From the NCBI GenBank assembly GCA_026026165.1, contig JAPEUD010000015.1, positions 62,001 through 126,000 on the forward strand: a stretch of 64,000 nt of DNA. The letters are read 5' to 3'. Shown one piece after another: positions 12,245 to 22,899 of the stretch. Under the pieces are notes generated by a model. That model made no database searches. It had not been told where the DNA came from and worked only from the letters and a program-made list of their open reading frames with translations. The stretch comes from Sarea resinae (Eukaryota). Within the stretch, counting starts at the first letter, position 1. Each line of letters begins with the position of its first letter. A program made the translations under genes and the position numbers.

Positions 12245-14311
12245 CTACTGCAATCGCTCTACCAGAGTAGGATGACCTGCCCAGCTGAGCTTGTTGTTGG
12301 CGGCATACTCGTGCAGAAAGTCGAAGCCAAACCGAACGCCCTCGATCACTTGGCTGCACGACGAGAGAGGAAGATAGTATCCCCCCTGATACTTCCCAGG
12401 CTCTTCAACATGGGCTCTAAAGCTCTTTAGAAGAGGCTTGTCGAGGCCATCATCCCAAGTCTTGCGATAGCGCTTGCTGAGCGCGTTCACCGGCAAATGG
12501 TAGGCTGCTTTCAGCCAGAGGATTTTTAACTTCCTGCTGTTATCGCTGACGTTCTCTTTGAACATCGTGCCGTCTTGTCTGTTGTTTCCAGCTCCCTGAG
12601 GAGATTGTGAATCGCTTGACCGACGCGTATCAAGGTTTCCCGAGGCCGGCAGGGACGCGTTTAAGTCGAGAGTCGAGTCATGAATCACTTCGCGGATGAT
12701 GGCTTCCAGCTGCGCACTCAGGCCGATGAGGTGAGCCCGACCAACGAGCTTCGTGTTCAAAAATCCAAACAGAGGCAGTAATTCTTTCCAAGGATCTATC
12801 TGACTGGCCATTCTTTGCTTCGTTCTGGGGTCGAAGTCTCTGATTTCGAACGCTAGCATATAGCACAGAATGGATTCGAAGCTCAGCAGAGCCGCAGCTC
12901 TCTGGCCCTTGTCTTCCTTCTCTGTTCTGTGAAGCCTATCTGCCTTGTGCTTTAATTCTCGCGCAAGACCAGAGAGAGTCGCAATTTCCTGGCGCCATTT
13001 TGCCTGAGGTTGTTCGGTCGCCGTTTCGACCGTAGGTTGAGCCGTGGACTTTGCCACGGGTTTGACCGTGGGCTCCGTCGTGGATTTAGCCGTGGCTTTA
13101 GCCGGTGGCTTGGCCGCAGTTTTGGCCGTTGGATCGACCTCTGCCCGGGCCGTAGCCTCAGCAGGAGGTTTAGAGTCTGTCGGAGGTTGCAACCTTGGTT
13201 TGGAGTCTGACTTGGGTCCTAATCTGGATCCCGTTTTCAACAGAATGATTTTACGCGGCTTATTTTCGGTCTCATTTGACACCTTTGGCCTCTTGTTGGC
13301 CTTGCCTTCATCATTCTCTGCTGGCCGGGAGCGTTTCTCTGGCGCCTTATTGACCTTCTCAATTTTCGCCGACTTATCAGCCACTGGCGACTTTTGTCGC
13401 GACTTCTGGTGCACATTCTGAACGCCGTTGCGGGGACCTTCCTCGGCCCTTATGGCGAGACCTCCCCGCTGTCCAGCTTGAGCACTGTCGGCCGGCTTTC
13501 TTATCTTCTGATTATTTTTGGAACCTTTGTTTATCTGCGTACGCTTTGCTACACCCTTATCGGTTGAGGAACTTGACGACTGAGACGCGGTTTTTTTATG
13601 TCCGGATGAGGTGGGAGACGCTCTTTTATATCGCCTCAACTCCTCGATGAGCGAGTCTGGCAGGGTTGGTGAGAGAATAGAAGGAACCATTTCCGTTTGC
13701 GCGTCAGTTTTCTGCGAATCCAACGCGAGCGCGGGAGGTGTCCCTGTTCTTTTGGAGGGTGATTTCGTAGTTTGATGCGTAGAATTAGCGGCTTCTTTTA
13801 CGGCATGGTTGGTCTCGACTCTAGAAAACACGTCAGACTCATTGATGCGACCCGTGAGCTGTGAGAGATACTCTTTCTGACTATCTCGACCTTCGTCCCC
13901 TTCCTCTTTCTGCAGAGGACCTTTTGCTCGCCGATTCTTGTATTCTGCCAATGAGATCTTCTTCGCTGGCTTCGGAGCTGGCTTCCGTGAAGCGGGCCCA
14001 CTCGCATCGGCCATGACTGTGGACTCTCTAGTCTGTCCCTTCGCAACCCCGGGTTCTTCCACAGCGTTTGACAAGTCTCCACGGCTGCACATTAGCAGGC
14101 CGTCGTCCGGCCTGCGAGCGAGGAACGTGGAGTACTGCAAGTGCTCGTCCTCGGGCCCGAAAGTTGTGCCACGCCTCCAGTCATCAGCCTTGGCCGGGTC
14201 CACGATATATGGTCTCTTGGAAACGATGCTGAGCAGGTAGGGCTCCTGCGGAAGGATAGCCTTTAGTTTGTCTAGTCTGGCGTTGACCTTGAGAGTCTCT
14301 GGGCTGTCCAT
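12245..14311 (-). CDS. Conserved fungal nuclear protein, probably Ell-binding protein Ebp1-like (C-terminal helical domain)
   Basis: 688-aa ORF. N-terminal PYLL...DWRRG..F..EDEHLQYSTFL and KKISLAEYK, disordered K/P/S-rich middle, helical C-terminus LARELKHKAD...ESILCYMLAF. Family assignment is from memory and tentative. Confidence 0.6.
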   Translation of the reverse strand: MDSPETLKVNARLDKLKAILPQEPYLLSIVSKRPYIVDPAKADDWRRGTTFGPEDEHLQYSTFLARRPDDGLLMCSRGDLSNAVEEPGVAKGQTRESTVMADASGPASRKPAPKPAKKISLAEYKNRRAKGPLQKEEGDEGRDSQKEYLSQLTGRINESDVFSRVETNHAVKEAANSTHQTTKSPSKRTGTPPALALDSQKTDAQTEMVPSILSPTLPDSLIEELRRYKRASPTSSGHKKTASQSSSSSTDKGVAKRTQINKGSKNNQKIRKPADSAQAGQRGGLAIRAEEGPRNGVQNVHQKSRQKSPVADKSAKIEKVNKAPEKRSRPAENDEGKANKRPKVSNETENKPRKIILLKTGSRLGPKSDSKPRLQPPTDSKPPAEATARAEVDPTAKTAAKPPAKATAKSTTEPTVKPVAKSTAQPTVETATEQPQAKWRQEIATLSGLARELKHKADRLHRTEKEDKGQRAAALLSFESILCYMLAFEIRDFDPRTKQRMASQIDPWKELLPLFGFLNTKLVGRAHLIGLSAQLEAIIREVIHDSTLDLNASLPASGNLDTRRSSDSQSPQGAGNNRQDGTMFKENVSDNSRKLKILWLKAAYHLPVNALSKRYRKTWDDGLDKPLLKSFRAHVEEPGKYQGGYYLPLSSCSQVIEGVRFGFDFLHEYAANNKLSWAGHPTLVERLQ

Positions 14312-15574
14312 GAATGCGTGAAGTGTTGGGAATGGAGATTGATGGCAGATGGGAAGAATCGTTGTGCTGTGTTTGCGGATCGAAACAAAGCGATCGGATG
14401 TCGTGATACAGGACGATATTCATAGTCGCGACGACGACGAGAGCGCAGAGCTGAGCATCTGTTTCGAGAGAAGGAGCTAACGTCGTCGTCGTCGTCTTCG
14501 GGATCCAAATCTAGGCTTGATGGTGTTCAGGTACCTTCTACTTCTGTCAATAAATGGAGATGTCAACATGGCGTGGTCGTCGTTACTTCTCTGCAGAGGT
14601 TCATTCAGCACCATCTGGGGCCGTTCGTAGCCGCCTTCCGCCTTCCGCCTTCCCTTTGTGCAGCTTGTTCAGTATTTCCTTCCTCTCTTGACCAGCACGG
14701 GAGGACAATTGAACAAAGAATATCAGCACGACGGGACTTGGAGCCGCGTCAACAGGGCGCCTAGTGGTAATTGAAGGGCGGGAGGATTGCGAAGAAGACG
14801 AAGAAGAGAGAAAGAACCCTGGAGGTCATCGACGTGTGACGACGGTGGGCAGTCCTTGGCATGCTCGAGAGGTGCGAGGGAGCGCCAGGTACAGGTACTT
14901 GCGAGGTCGTCGAAAGTGGAGAGAGGCTGGCACGGGTACGGTCATCGAGGTCGTACAAGTACTCGTACTTCCCTTACCAAGCGGAATGATGATCGATGAA
15001 TCGATCAGGCATCCGTACTACTACGAAGTAGGTACTCTGGGACCTCTGGACCCCGAATGGAGCTGGAGCGCGCTTGCCCACTTGCCCACTTGCCCACTTG
15101 CCCACTTGCCCGCTTACCCGCTTTGCCCTTCACTCCGTCCGTCTCTTCCCCTGCCGCGGAAGCAGCCGAACGGCTCCTCGCGTGGATTAAGCGTGGGGTA
15201 GATGTACGACAGTACCTTGGGCATCCTGATGATCCATGTATCGCTTTGTTGACGATCCATTAGGGCTGAATGCTCATACATACCTACTCGATGATGTTAT
15301 AGATGATCGCGCGTTGACGTCGACGGCGGATGTGCTTGTGTCTCCAAACCTTGCCTACAAAGAGAGTCATGAGAATACGTTGTTTGTCATTTAGAGAATA
15401 CAGCGCACATCACGCAAAAAGTGCAAAAAGCTCAGACTATCCTCTCGAATAGTCTGACGAAAACCCCGAAGGATTTTACACTAGATCTCTCTAGTAGGTG
15501 AAAGGCTGACTTTGTTGTTTGTGCTGTGTTGTTGTCGTCGTCGTTATAGAGCTTGCTCTATTTAATTGTCATTT

Positions 15575-15870
15575 TATTGTTGGCTATGACGATTACTCCT
15601 CCTGACCGGGTTTCGAGCCTGTGACCTCGATGAAGGAGCCAGGAATCCATCGAACCCGATTAGGAATCATTGATTATAGCCACGTATTTAAGACTTTCAC
15701 CGGGGTAACTTCCACCGGCATCACCAACTGACCTTTCTGTTGGATGAATGCACTTCCAATAGGACTATATGCCTACTGGAAGTGCCCATTCACTCTCATA
15801 TATCCTACGGACTATGGTCCTGAAGATAGAGCTGTCCTATTGCAGACCAAAGGGACGGTGAACTACGTAT
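15575..15870 (-). ncRNA. Candidate box H/ACA snoRNA (multi-hairpin, ~295 nt)
   Basis: On the minus strand: a 5' hairpin with an internal pocket, then an ANANNA box (ATATGA, 15796-15801), an internal long hairpin (15745-15792), and a 3' hairpin closed by 15581-15587/15676-15682 followed at once by ACA (15578-15580) plus 3 nt and an AT-rich tract. No ORF here. Confidence 0.55.
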
Positions 15871-16181
15871 TCTTTACCACTCAATATCACAACAGAGAGG
15901 CATGATGCTTTCATAGATAGCTACTCTTCTTATTCCGGCATGTTGACAGATCTGAACGTTACACCAAGGGAACGGAACCCGTCGATCGATCGTCAGGGGA
16001 AAAAGGCCTGTTTCAATCTCTAATTTCACAGCTTTGGACCATTTGCATCTCACGCCTCAATGATGGTACAAGGGTGGTTCACCAGCTAGGAACATTACGA
16101 GCAGAGCTGGAGACGATCCGGCATTTACGAACACTAACATCTGATATCATAAAGGCAAAATCCCCCTGAATTGAAACGGAT

Positions 16182-17567
16182 TCATAATTCGTCATCGTCC
16201 GTCTCACCCTCCGTCTCGTCTGTTCCCGGACCCGACCCTTCATTCGTACCTTCAGACACCGGTGAGCGTTTTGCCAATTCCTCCGAAGCCTTCCCTCTGC
16301 CGACCTGGCCAATCTTGCTGAATGGCAATTCACGTCGCGGCGGAGGGGTGCTAACATCGTTGTGGCTAGTATTAGTCTCTTTCTGTGCTTCCGGTTCGAT
16401 GATCTCTCCCTTTCTCCCCCCGCCAGACTTGCTGGCTCTTGGGCTCGTTGGCCCATCATCGCCACTCGCCGCATCCTCATCCTCTGTTTCGTCGAGATCG
16501 GAATTCGACGGCGTCTCGGCCGAGACCAGCTCGTCCTCCTCCCTCCCTTTCTCGCGACCTTCTTTGTTTTCCATTTTTTCGAACCCCTCACCATCAGATT
16601 CCGACGACGTTACCGATGGACTGGCGCCGTCGGGCTTTCGTTTCCGGCCTCTGGATGGCAAAGGTTTCGAAGACCTTGAGGCCGCTCTGCTATTTCGCAC
16701 CCCTGCAGCTGTTGTGAAAAAGGCTTCAATACTTGTGATCTTGACAAGGCTCAATGAGACTAACCTTTCTCTGGGTCGACTCTCGAGCCCGATAATAGGC
16801 GTTGTTGATCTCTGATCTTCGACTTTTTAGAGTTGAGAAGTTCGCGGAATTTCTCGAGTAGGATGCTCTCGTGCTCTTGACTCCCCCGAATTAATTCTTC
16901 AAGTTGGCCTTCGAGCTTCTTGTTTTTCTCTTCCAGTTCCTTATATCTCGCCTGCAGCGAGGACGATACCTCTCGCTGGGTGCTTAGCTGCTGTGCCGTA
17001 ACGGCATTCCACTCATAAAGTTGAATCTCCTCATCGTCGTTCTGTAAGAGCTCGATGCCACCCAGTTTTTGCTGTCTGCATAAGTTTCTTGAAAGATGAT
17101 CCTCAAGTAGGGCGACCAGTACTGACTGTGATCCCGCCGATATTCTTGCGTAAAGTGATAGTTAATCGCCCGTCTTCGATAGCGCCCGTTGTCTCCAATC
17201 CTTGTACAGCGGTAGTATCTTCTCCACTCATCTCCTCTTGTAATAATACCACAGACAGTATCTTACTCCATTCTCCTTTCTCATCGCGATAATTCGTTGC
17301 CTGGAGCTTGTTCAATCGGCTCTGCTTTACTACATAGTATATAGCTTTAGTCGGTGGACTCCACAAGCGTCTAGGACATGCAGGTCTCTGTGGCTCGAGG
17401 ATAGAGATGAAAATCGACATACCGAATCCTATATAAACGTTCTCAGATTCGGTTGCGACGAGTTTGAGATCGAGAGGAGAGTGGCCGTTGGGAGTAACGT
17501 TGACCAAGATGTGGGAGCCATCGTGATGCGCTTGAGGAATGCACAGTATCCGCTGCGAGGAAGCCAT
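16182..17567 (-). CDS. XRCC4: XRCC4-like non-homologous end-joining factor
   Basis: Spliced product has a beta-rich head (LDLKLVATESENVY; LTITLRKNIGGIT|QKLGGIEL), a coiled coil and the FRELLNSKKSKIRDQQRLL motif typical of XRCC4, then an acidic disordered tail. Introns at ~17330-17422, ~17073-17128 and ~16709-16764. Confidence 0.8.
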
Positions 17568-18137
17568 GACGGAAGGAGTTTTGAGGCGTGGAAGATATCA
17601 GAAAGCCGTGGGCAGAGAGTCAAAAAGAGGATCTACTCCGTACTCCAGACCGTCGGACAGGATTATACTGACGAGGCTTTGATCAGTCAGGCCATACCCA
17701 GGCAGCAGCAAGCCAACATTGGAGCACTCGTACTGCGTTGTGCAAGGTACCGAGTGTTGTGTACTCGGATTACTGTAAGATCGTTGCGTATGTGGTCTCG
17801 TCAATCTCCGTACACCGACTACGCGGGTACGCGTCGCGGGCGCGTGAAAGTGCCTTCATGGCGGCCTGGCTCGCCGTACTCGAGATTGATCCTCCGACTA
17901 CTGTGGGCTGGGCATTCTCGGGTACGCCATTCCCTATTCCAGCTCCTAGGCGTCGTGCCCAGCCCACTGCAGTCACTGACCCTCAAGCCGCCAACCTCCA
18001 CATTTCTGAGCCGTGGCATCTGGTGGCAGCCGGCACTGACTACTCCACCACCAGCCGGACACCCATCACCATCCATCTTGCAACGACTCCAAAACACAGG
18101 CCAAGCAGGGTCTTTCCACCGGAAACAGTGGCCAGTC

Positions 18138-21022
18138 ATGGCCGCCCAGGAGATCGAGTCTTGGGACGACGATGCCGACCTTGATGTCGGCGACTTCAAC
18201 GTGCGCACCTCGCTTGGCTCAACCACCACCAATGCATCCGCCGCGCACTCGACTCGTCGCGAGTCCGTTTCCTCGCGGCTGTCGACGAGATCTGATCAAG
18301 ACTCCAATGCGGGAATGGATGATGACTGGCAGATTCCCCTTCGTGGCGAGGACGAGAGCTCAATGATCGACGCCATCGCCTCGGCTCAAAATGCTGGCAT
18401 CCCAATCTCCAAGAGCGTGCCGCCATCAGCTCTCATGGGTGGCGTGATCAAACGGCTGGGCAGTCGCAAACCGAAGAGGGCGATGGGAGAGGACTGGAGC
18501 GAAGACTTCCTGTCTGAGGATGCCGAAGATCCTGGACTAAAGATACGACAGTACGGCTCAGCGAATTCGCTCAAGCAAGACAACAAGAATAGCGGAAAGT
18601 CAGACGCCGACTCTGAACGACCAACGACGGATGACACGAATCGAGAGTTCGAGCGTAGGCTTGGTCCCCCCGCACCCATTGGCCCCTCCCAAGCAGAGAT
18701 ACGAGCGAAGAAAGAAAGCGACGACTTGGAAGACGACCTCGAGTGGCCGGATGATGGAGAGCTCTTGAATCTTCCAAAGAGGAAGGGCGCGAGAAGGGCA
18801 GGGAGACAGCAGGACGACCTGGACGAGTGGGCAGAAGGAAGCTTAGGCGTCCGCTACGGAGGTACAAGACGAGAAGGCCGGTCTACTGGCAGCTCAATGA
18901 TATCCGGCCTAAGCCCAAGTGCATCCAGCACTCGATCGCCTGAAAGCGAGGATGAAGACTGGGATGGCTTGGTTCTTCCAGATGGACCCCTCAAGTTCGA
19001 CGAAGTCCTGAAACAACGCCACGAAGGCGAAGTCAGAGAAGATGCACACGACGCCGTTCAACATCAGGCCGAGCAGGCTGTGGAGAACAAGGACGACTTC
19101 TTCTCTGGAATTGAAATCGAGAAAGTCGGTGTCTTCGACCCTAAAAAACTGACGCTCCATCGAAACATCAAGCACACACATGCAAGGCCAGCTAGCCCAG
19201 CAAGACGGACAGCCATGACTTTGACTTTCACGAACAAGCCTCAACCGGCATCGACGACTCGGATTCCGAGGCCAAATAGTGGACATGACAAATCACAGTC
19301 AAAGCTTGAGCCAGTAGCTGAAAGCGGCGTCTCCGTAGCAAAGTTCCGTCGAGTGGAGTCACGTCCGGGCAGTCATTCGTCGCACTCCTCACTATCAAAC
19401 ATACCTGCCCCGAGCACACCTTCCACGATAAACCCTATTGCGCCTTCCACTCCCAGCAGACGTGTGCTTGGCAGTAGGTTGTCCAGAGATGCACTCCGAA
19501 ACGAGCCCACTACTACCAGCGCCCAACTTCTCAAAATGAAACGCTCAATGCCAGCAATGCGTACTCAGTACTCGCCCTCAAAAGCTTCCAGCACCTACCA
19601 ACGCCCACCGTCGCGCAATGAGAATAACAACAGCCGAGGTGGCTTTCCTACAAGGCCTAAGACACCAATCGACCGATTAAGCAATGAGGCAATGCTGGCG
19701 AACCAACGTAAACAGCCCGTGCCTTTTCTTCCAGCTGGCAACTCTCACGCGCAATCTCATCATGTCAGCACAAAGTCCTCACGCAACTTCTCTCGTAGCG
19801 AAGGAGAGCCTTCTAACAGCCAAGCTGGACTTCGCTCTGCATCTCGCCAGTCGAATACGGCTCGGTCGGGAACACCTACGCAAGGACGAAAAGATCTCGC
19901 GCCTGAGTCACTAGCCCGAGAAGCAGTCGCCAGGCGTACTCTCACTCGCCCAGCTAGGCGACGAAACTTCGGCGACGGTAGCGAACTTGAGATCTTCGAC
20001 GATCTACCTACTTCTGCTCAAACCGAGAATAAGTTTACAAAAATCCCAATCGGCCGTGGGGCGCCGAGATCTCTGCGGAGTAGACTCGGACAGAACAATC
20101 TCAACACCGCGTACGAAAGGACCGAGACACCGCCGCCGTCCACGCCTAGGAGCCCGCCAAGGCAAGAGAGTTTCACGCCCAGATTTGCGCGAGACACCAA
20201 TGCGAGTCGTCTAGCTAGAGAGCAGCGCATCGGGGCTTCGGGATTGAAGAACGAAAGTGCCGTACCATCGACGCCATTAAGCAAAGCAGCTGGCAATGCA
20301 GTTGCAGATCCCAAGCACGGGCGCGGGAGGAGACGGCAGGTCGGTGGCGTTCACCCCAAAGGTCTGATCAAGCCATCGGACGAGTATACGATTGAGAGAA
20401 GTAAGATCCCAATGATTCTGGCCGATCAAGTTCAAAGTTGACCCTTTGTTTAGCTGAAAAAGGAATGCACTATAACCCCACCCTCTTCCGCTGGGAAGGC
20501 AATGAGAACGCCCTCGCTCCCTTTGAGGCCCCAATCTCTCCGCCTCAGTCCACGATTCTCAAAGAAGGTCCCCGCCCCGCCCTCATCACCAAGATCTCTA
20601 CAACCCAAGGCGTTCAGGTCGTTGGCGGTATGGTCTTCGACCCGCAGCGTATGTGCTGGCTCAAAATGGCCCCTTCTTCGAACCCACTCTCTCCCTCCAT
20701 CGACGAAGAAGACGAAGACCCTTTCGCTGGCATCGAAGATTTGAAGGAATCAAAACGCACCAGTAGCAAATTCCGTGTCGAAGATGCTACCGCAGAAGGC
20801 CAAGCTCCTGGGGGAACAGCGCCTGAGGGTCTAGGAGATGAGTGGCTCGTTGGTGAGGAGTTCGATGTCGGACCCGCGTTTGTGACCAGGCAGCGCGACG
20901 AAGAAGAACGCTGGAGGCGTAAGGTGCTCCCCTGGGTTGGCCGGGAGCGAGAGGACGAGGGTATCGAATACGTCTGGGCGTTGAGAGACATGGTACTCTC
21001 TAGCCTTGTCGTGCCGCGGTGA
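18138..21022 (+). CDS. byr4: Septation/mitotic-exit GAP component Byr4/Bfa1
   Basis: MAAQEIESWDDD start, FGDGSELEIFDDLP, intron 20401-20453, then GMHYNPTLFRWEGNEN, VVGGMVFDPQRMCWLK and EEFDVGPAF..RQRDEEERW. Confidence 0.9.
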
Positions 21023-21129
21023 AGAAAAATAGCAAATTCCGAGCTGGGCAAAACACATCATGGAACGAGAAAGCATGGGTCTGGCTTATTGCATATTTCG
21101 GCTCGCGACGACTACTCTGTGGACTCGAC

Positions 21130-22870
21130 CCTTCAAACGACGAACAAAAGAACGAAAGAACGAAAGAACGAAAGAACGAACCTAATGATACACACGACCT
21201 TATGATTCCGCCACATCTTCTGTCTCATCATCATCATCATTATCATGACGGCGTCACGACCAAACCAAACCAACGATAGCACGAAAATTAGCATGATTAC
21301 GACTTTCCTATTCAAAACGAACAAGCTGGCAGGCGCGCAAGAGCTCGGGGGGCGCTTGGGCTTTGATGGCTTTTTCCATATCCTACTCTATTATCACTTG
21401 TGGCTGTAGCACTTTTCATCTTCTCAAACTCCTCCCTGGCTTTTCATATCTCTCTCGGGCATTATCGCTCGGGGCTTCAGAACAAACCAAGAGGCTCACT
21501 CAGCGAAAGCTTTGCATCGCAACTGCACGGCCAATGTCTGGATTACCGCCTCTCGCTTCCTCTGCTTGAATCTTACTCATATCCTCCTTTTCTCTTTGAC
21601 TGTAGCTATATCCCTCTCTCTCCCTGGGCCGTGCTGTCGTCGTGATTGTGCATGACGTGCATAGAACAGAATCGACGTACCTTGGGCAGAAGAGGGACAG
21701 GCGAAAGGGAGATGGAGGGGCAGAAGGCGAGGGGGACGAGGAAGGGTTTTCTGTCGACTGCGTGTTTCTTGTACGATATCACCATTGTAATTATTTCTAC
21801 TTTAGCTGAGCTTAGCTTAGCATGGCTTTGCTTATCTGGACGAACTGTTTCACTTGACCTTCTCTTCTACCTTATCTTCTACCTGCCTTCCTACGTAGCT
21901 GCCTTCATACCTGGCTCCCCACCTACTTGCCTGCCTGTCTGCCCGCCTGCCTGCCTACCTGCCTGCCTCCCTATCTACCCTCTATACCATCCCGTCTGCC
22001 TGCTTGCCTCCCTACCTGCCGGCATAACTACCTACCTACATCACCTACCTCTCTGCTCTACCTCCCTGATCTTCTATCACCTCGTCGCACCTTATCATAC
22101 CTTATCGCACCTCACTTCACCTCGCCTCAGACGTGAATCCAACACCACTATATTCGTCTCTATTAAATCATGGTGAATCGAATAGAATTGAATAGAACTA
22201 AATCACAGTGAACGACTAACTATATTCACTCACTTACTTACTCACTCTCTCACTCTCTTACTCTCTTAATTACTCTCTTACTTATTAGTTTAGTTTCTAT
22301 ATCTACCTTACCTACCTTTATAGATAAGACAACTAGAAACAAAGAACTCGAACTACCTTACCTACTCTCCTACACAAGTAGTAGAGCTAGTCTAGGTTCA
22401 TTAAGAAGAGGGGTATCACATGTACGTCTAGCTATAGGAGGTTTAGTGATTATCTATAGATCAACAGCCTCCTAACTGACGGGTAGCTAGCTGACTATAC
22501 AGTCTCGATGATACTTTGCTTTGTGCATGTTTTGTGAATCGGCTTCTTTTGCTTGTAGGGGTTTTTTTGGGGGGGGAGGTGTGTGAGATATTTTTTGGGG
22601 TCGCTTGGTCTTTCTATCTATCTACTCTTTTATCTATCTGTTTGGGTGTCTGTCTCGCTTGTCTTGCTTGACTTGCTACCCTTTTCCCCCTTCCCCCCGC
22701 CGCCCCGGCCCTCCCCTGACCCTCTGCTATTACCGCCCCTTACTACGCTCACTTCACTACCTCCATCTACCGAACCCAGACCCAGAGCAAGAGCAGAGCA
22801 AGAGCAGAGCAAGAGCAGAGCAAGAGCAGAGCAAGAGCAGAGCAAGAGCAGAGCAACAGACTCTACCCAG
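21130..22870. repeat. Low-complexity/microsatellite island 2 at a convergent gene junction
   Basis: (ACGAAAGA)n ~21140-21180, (CAT)n, CCTG/CCTA tracts ~21920-22050, TpA-rich core ~22150-22500. Confidence 0.85.
22783..22856. repeat. 11-bp tandem repeat (CAGAGCAAGAG) x ~6.7, in the probable MAK10 3' UTR
   Basis: Directly visible perfect tandem array about 45 bp beyond the MAK10 stop. Confidence 0.9.
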
Positions 22871-22899
22871 ATTATCTAGCGTTTCCATCTCAACTTCAT

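Noticed and set aside
10764..12359. ORFs in island 1, and similar ORFs at 21.6-22.9, 31.6-33.2 and 40.8-41.4 kb
   Set aside because: They are translations of microsatellites (poly-V, HTHT, SISS, EQEQSKSRARA) with no domain content.
15575..15682. Assignment of the candidate snoRNA to snR30/U17 (partial AUUCCUA and AAACC matches)
   Set aside because: Both motifs are imperfect and base-paired in the predicted stem, and AAACC is not at the expected short distance from the ACA box.
15901..15956. Possible box C/D snoRNA (ATGATGC ... CTGA)
   Set aside because: Degenerate C box, too short, no terminal stem and no recognisable guide.
17481..18137. 219-codon open frame upstream of byr4 overlapping the XRCC4 start antisense
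   Set aside because: No recognisable protein content. It spans the divergent promoter, and the conserved ESWDDD motif follows the ATG at 18138.
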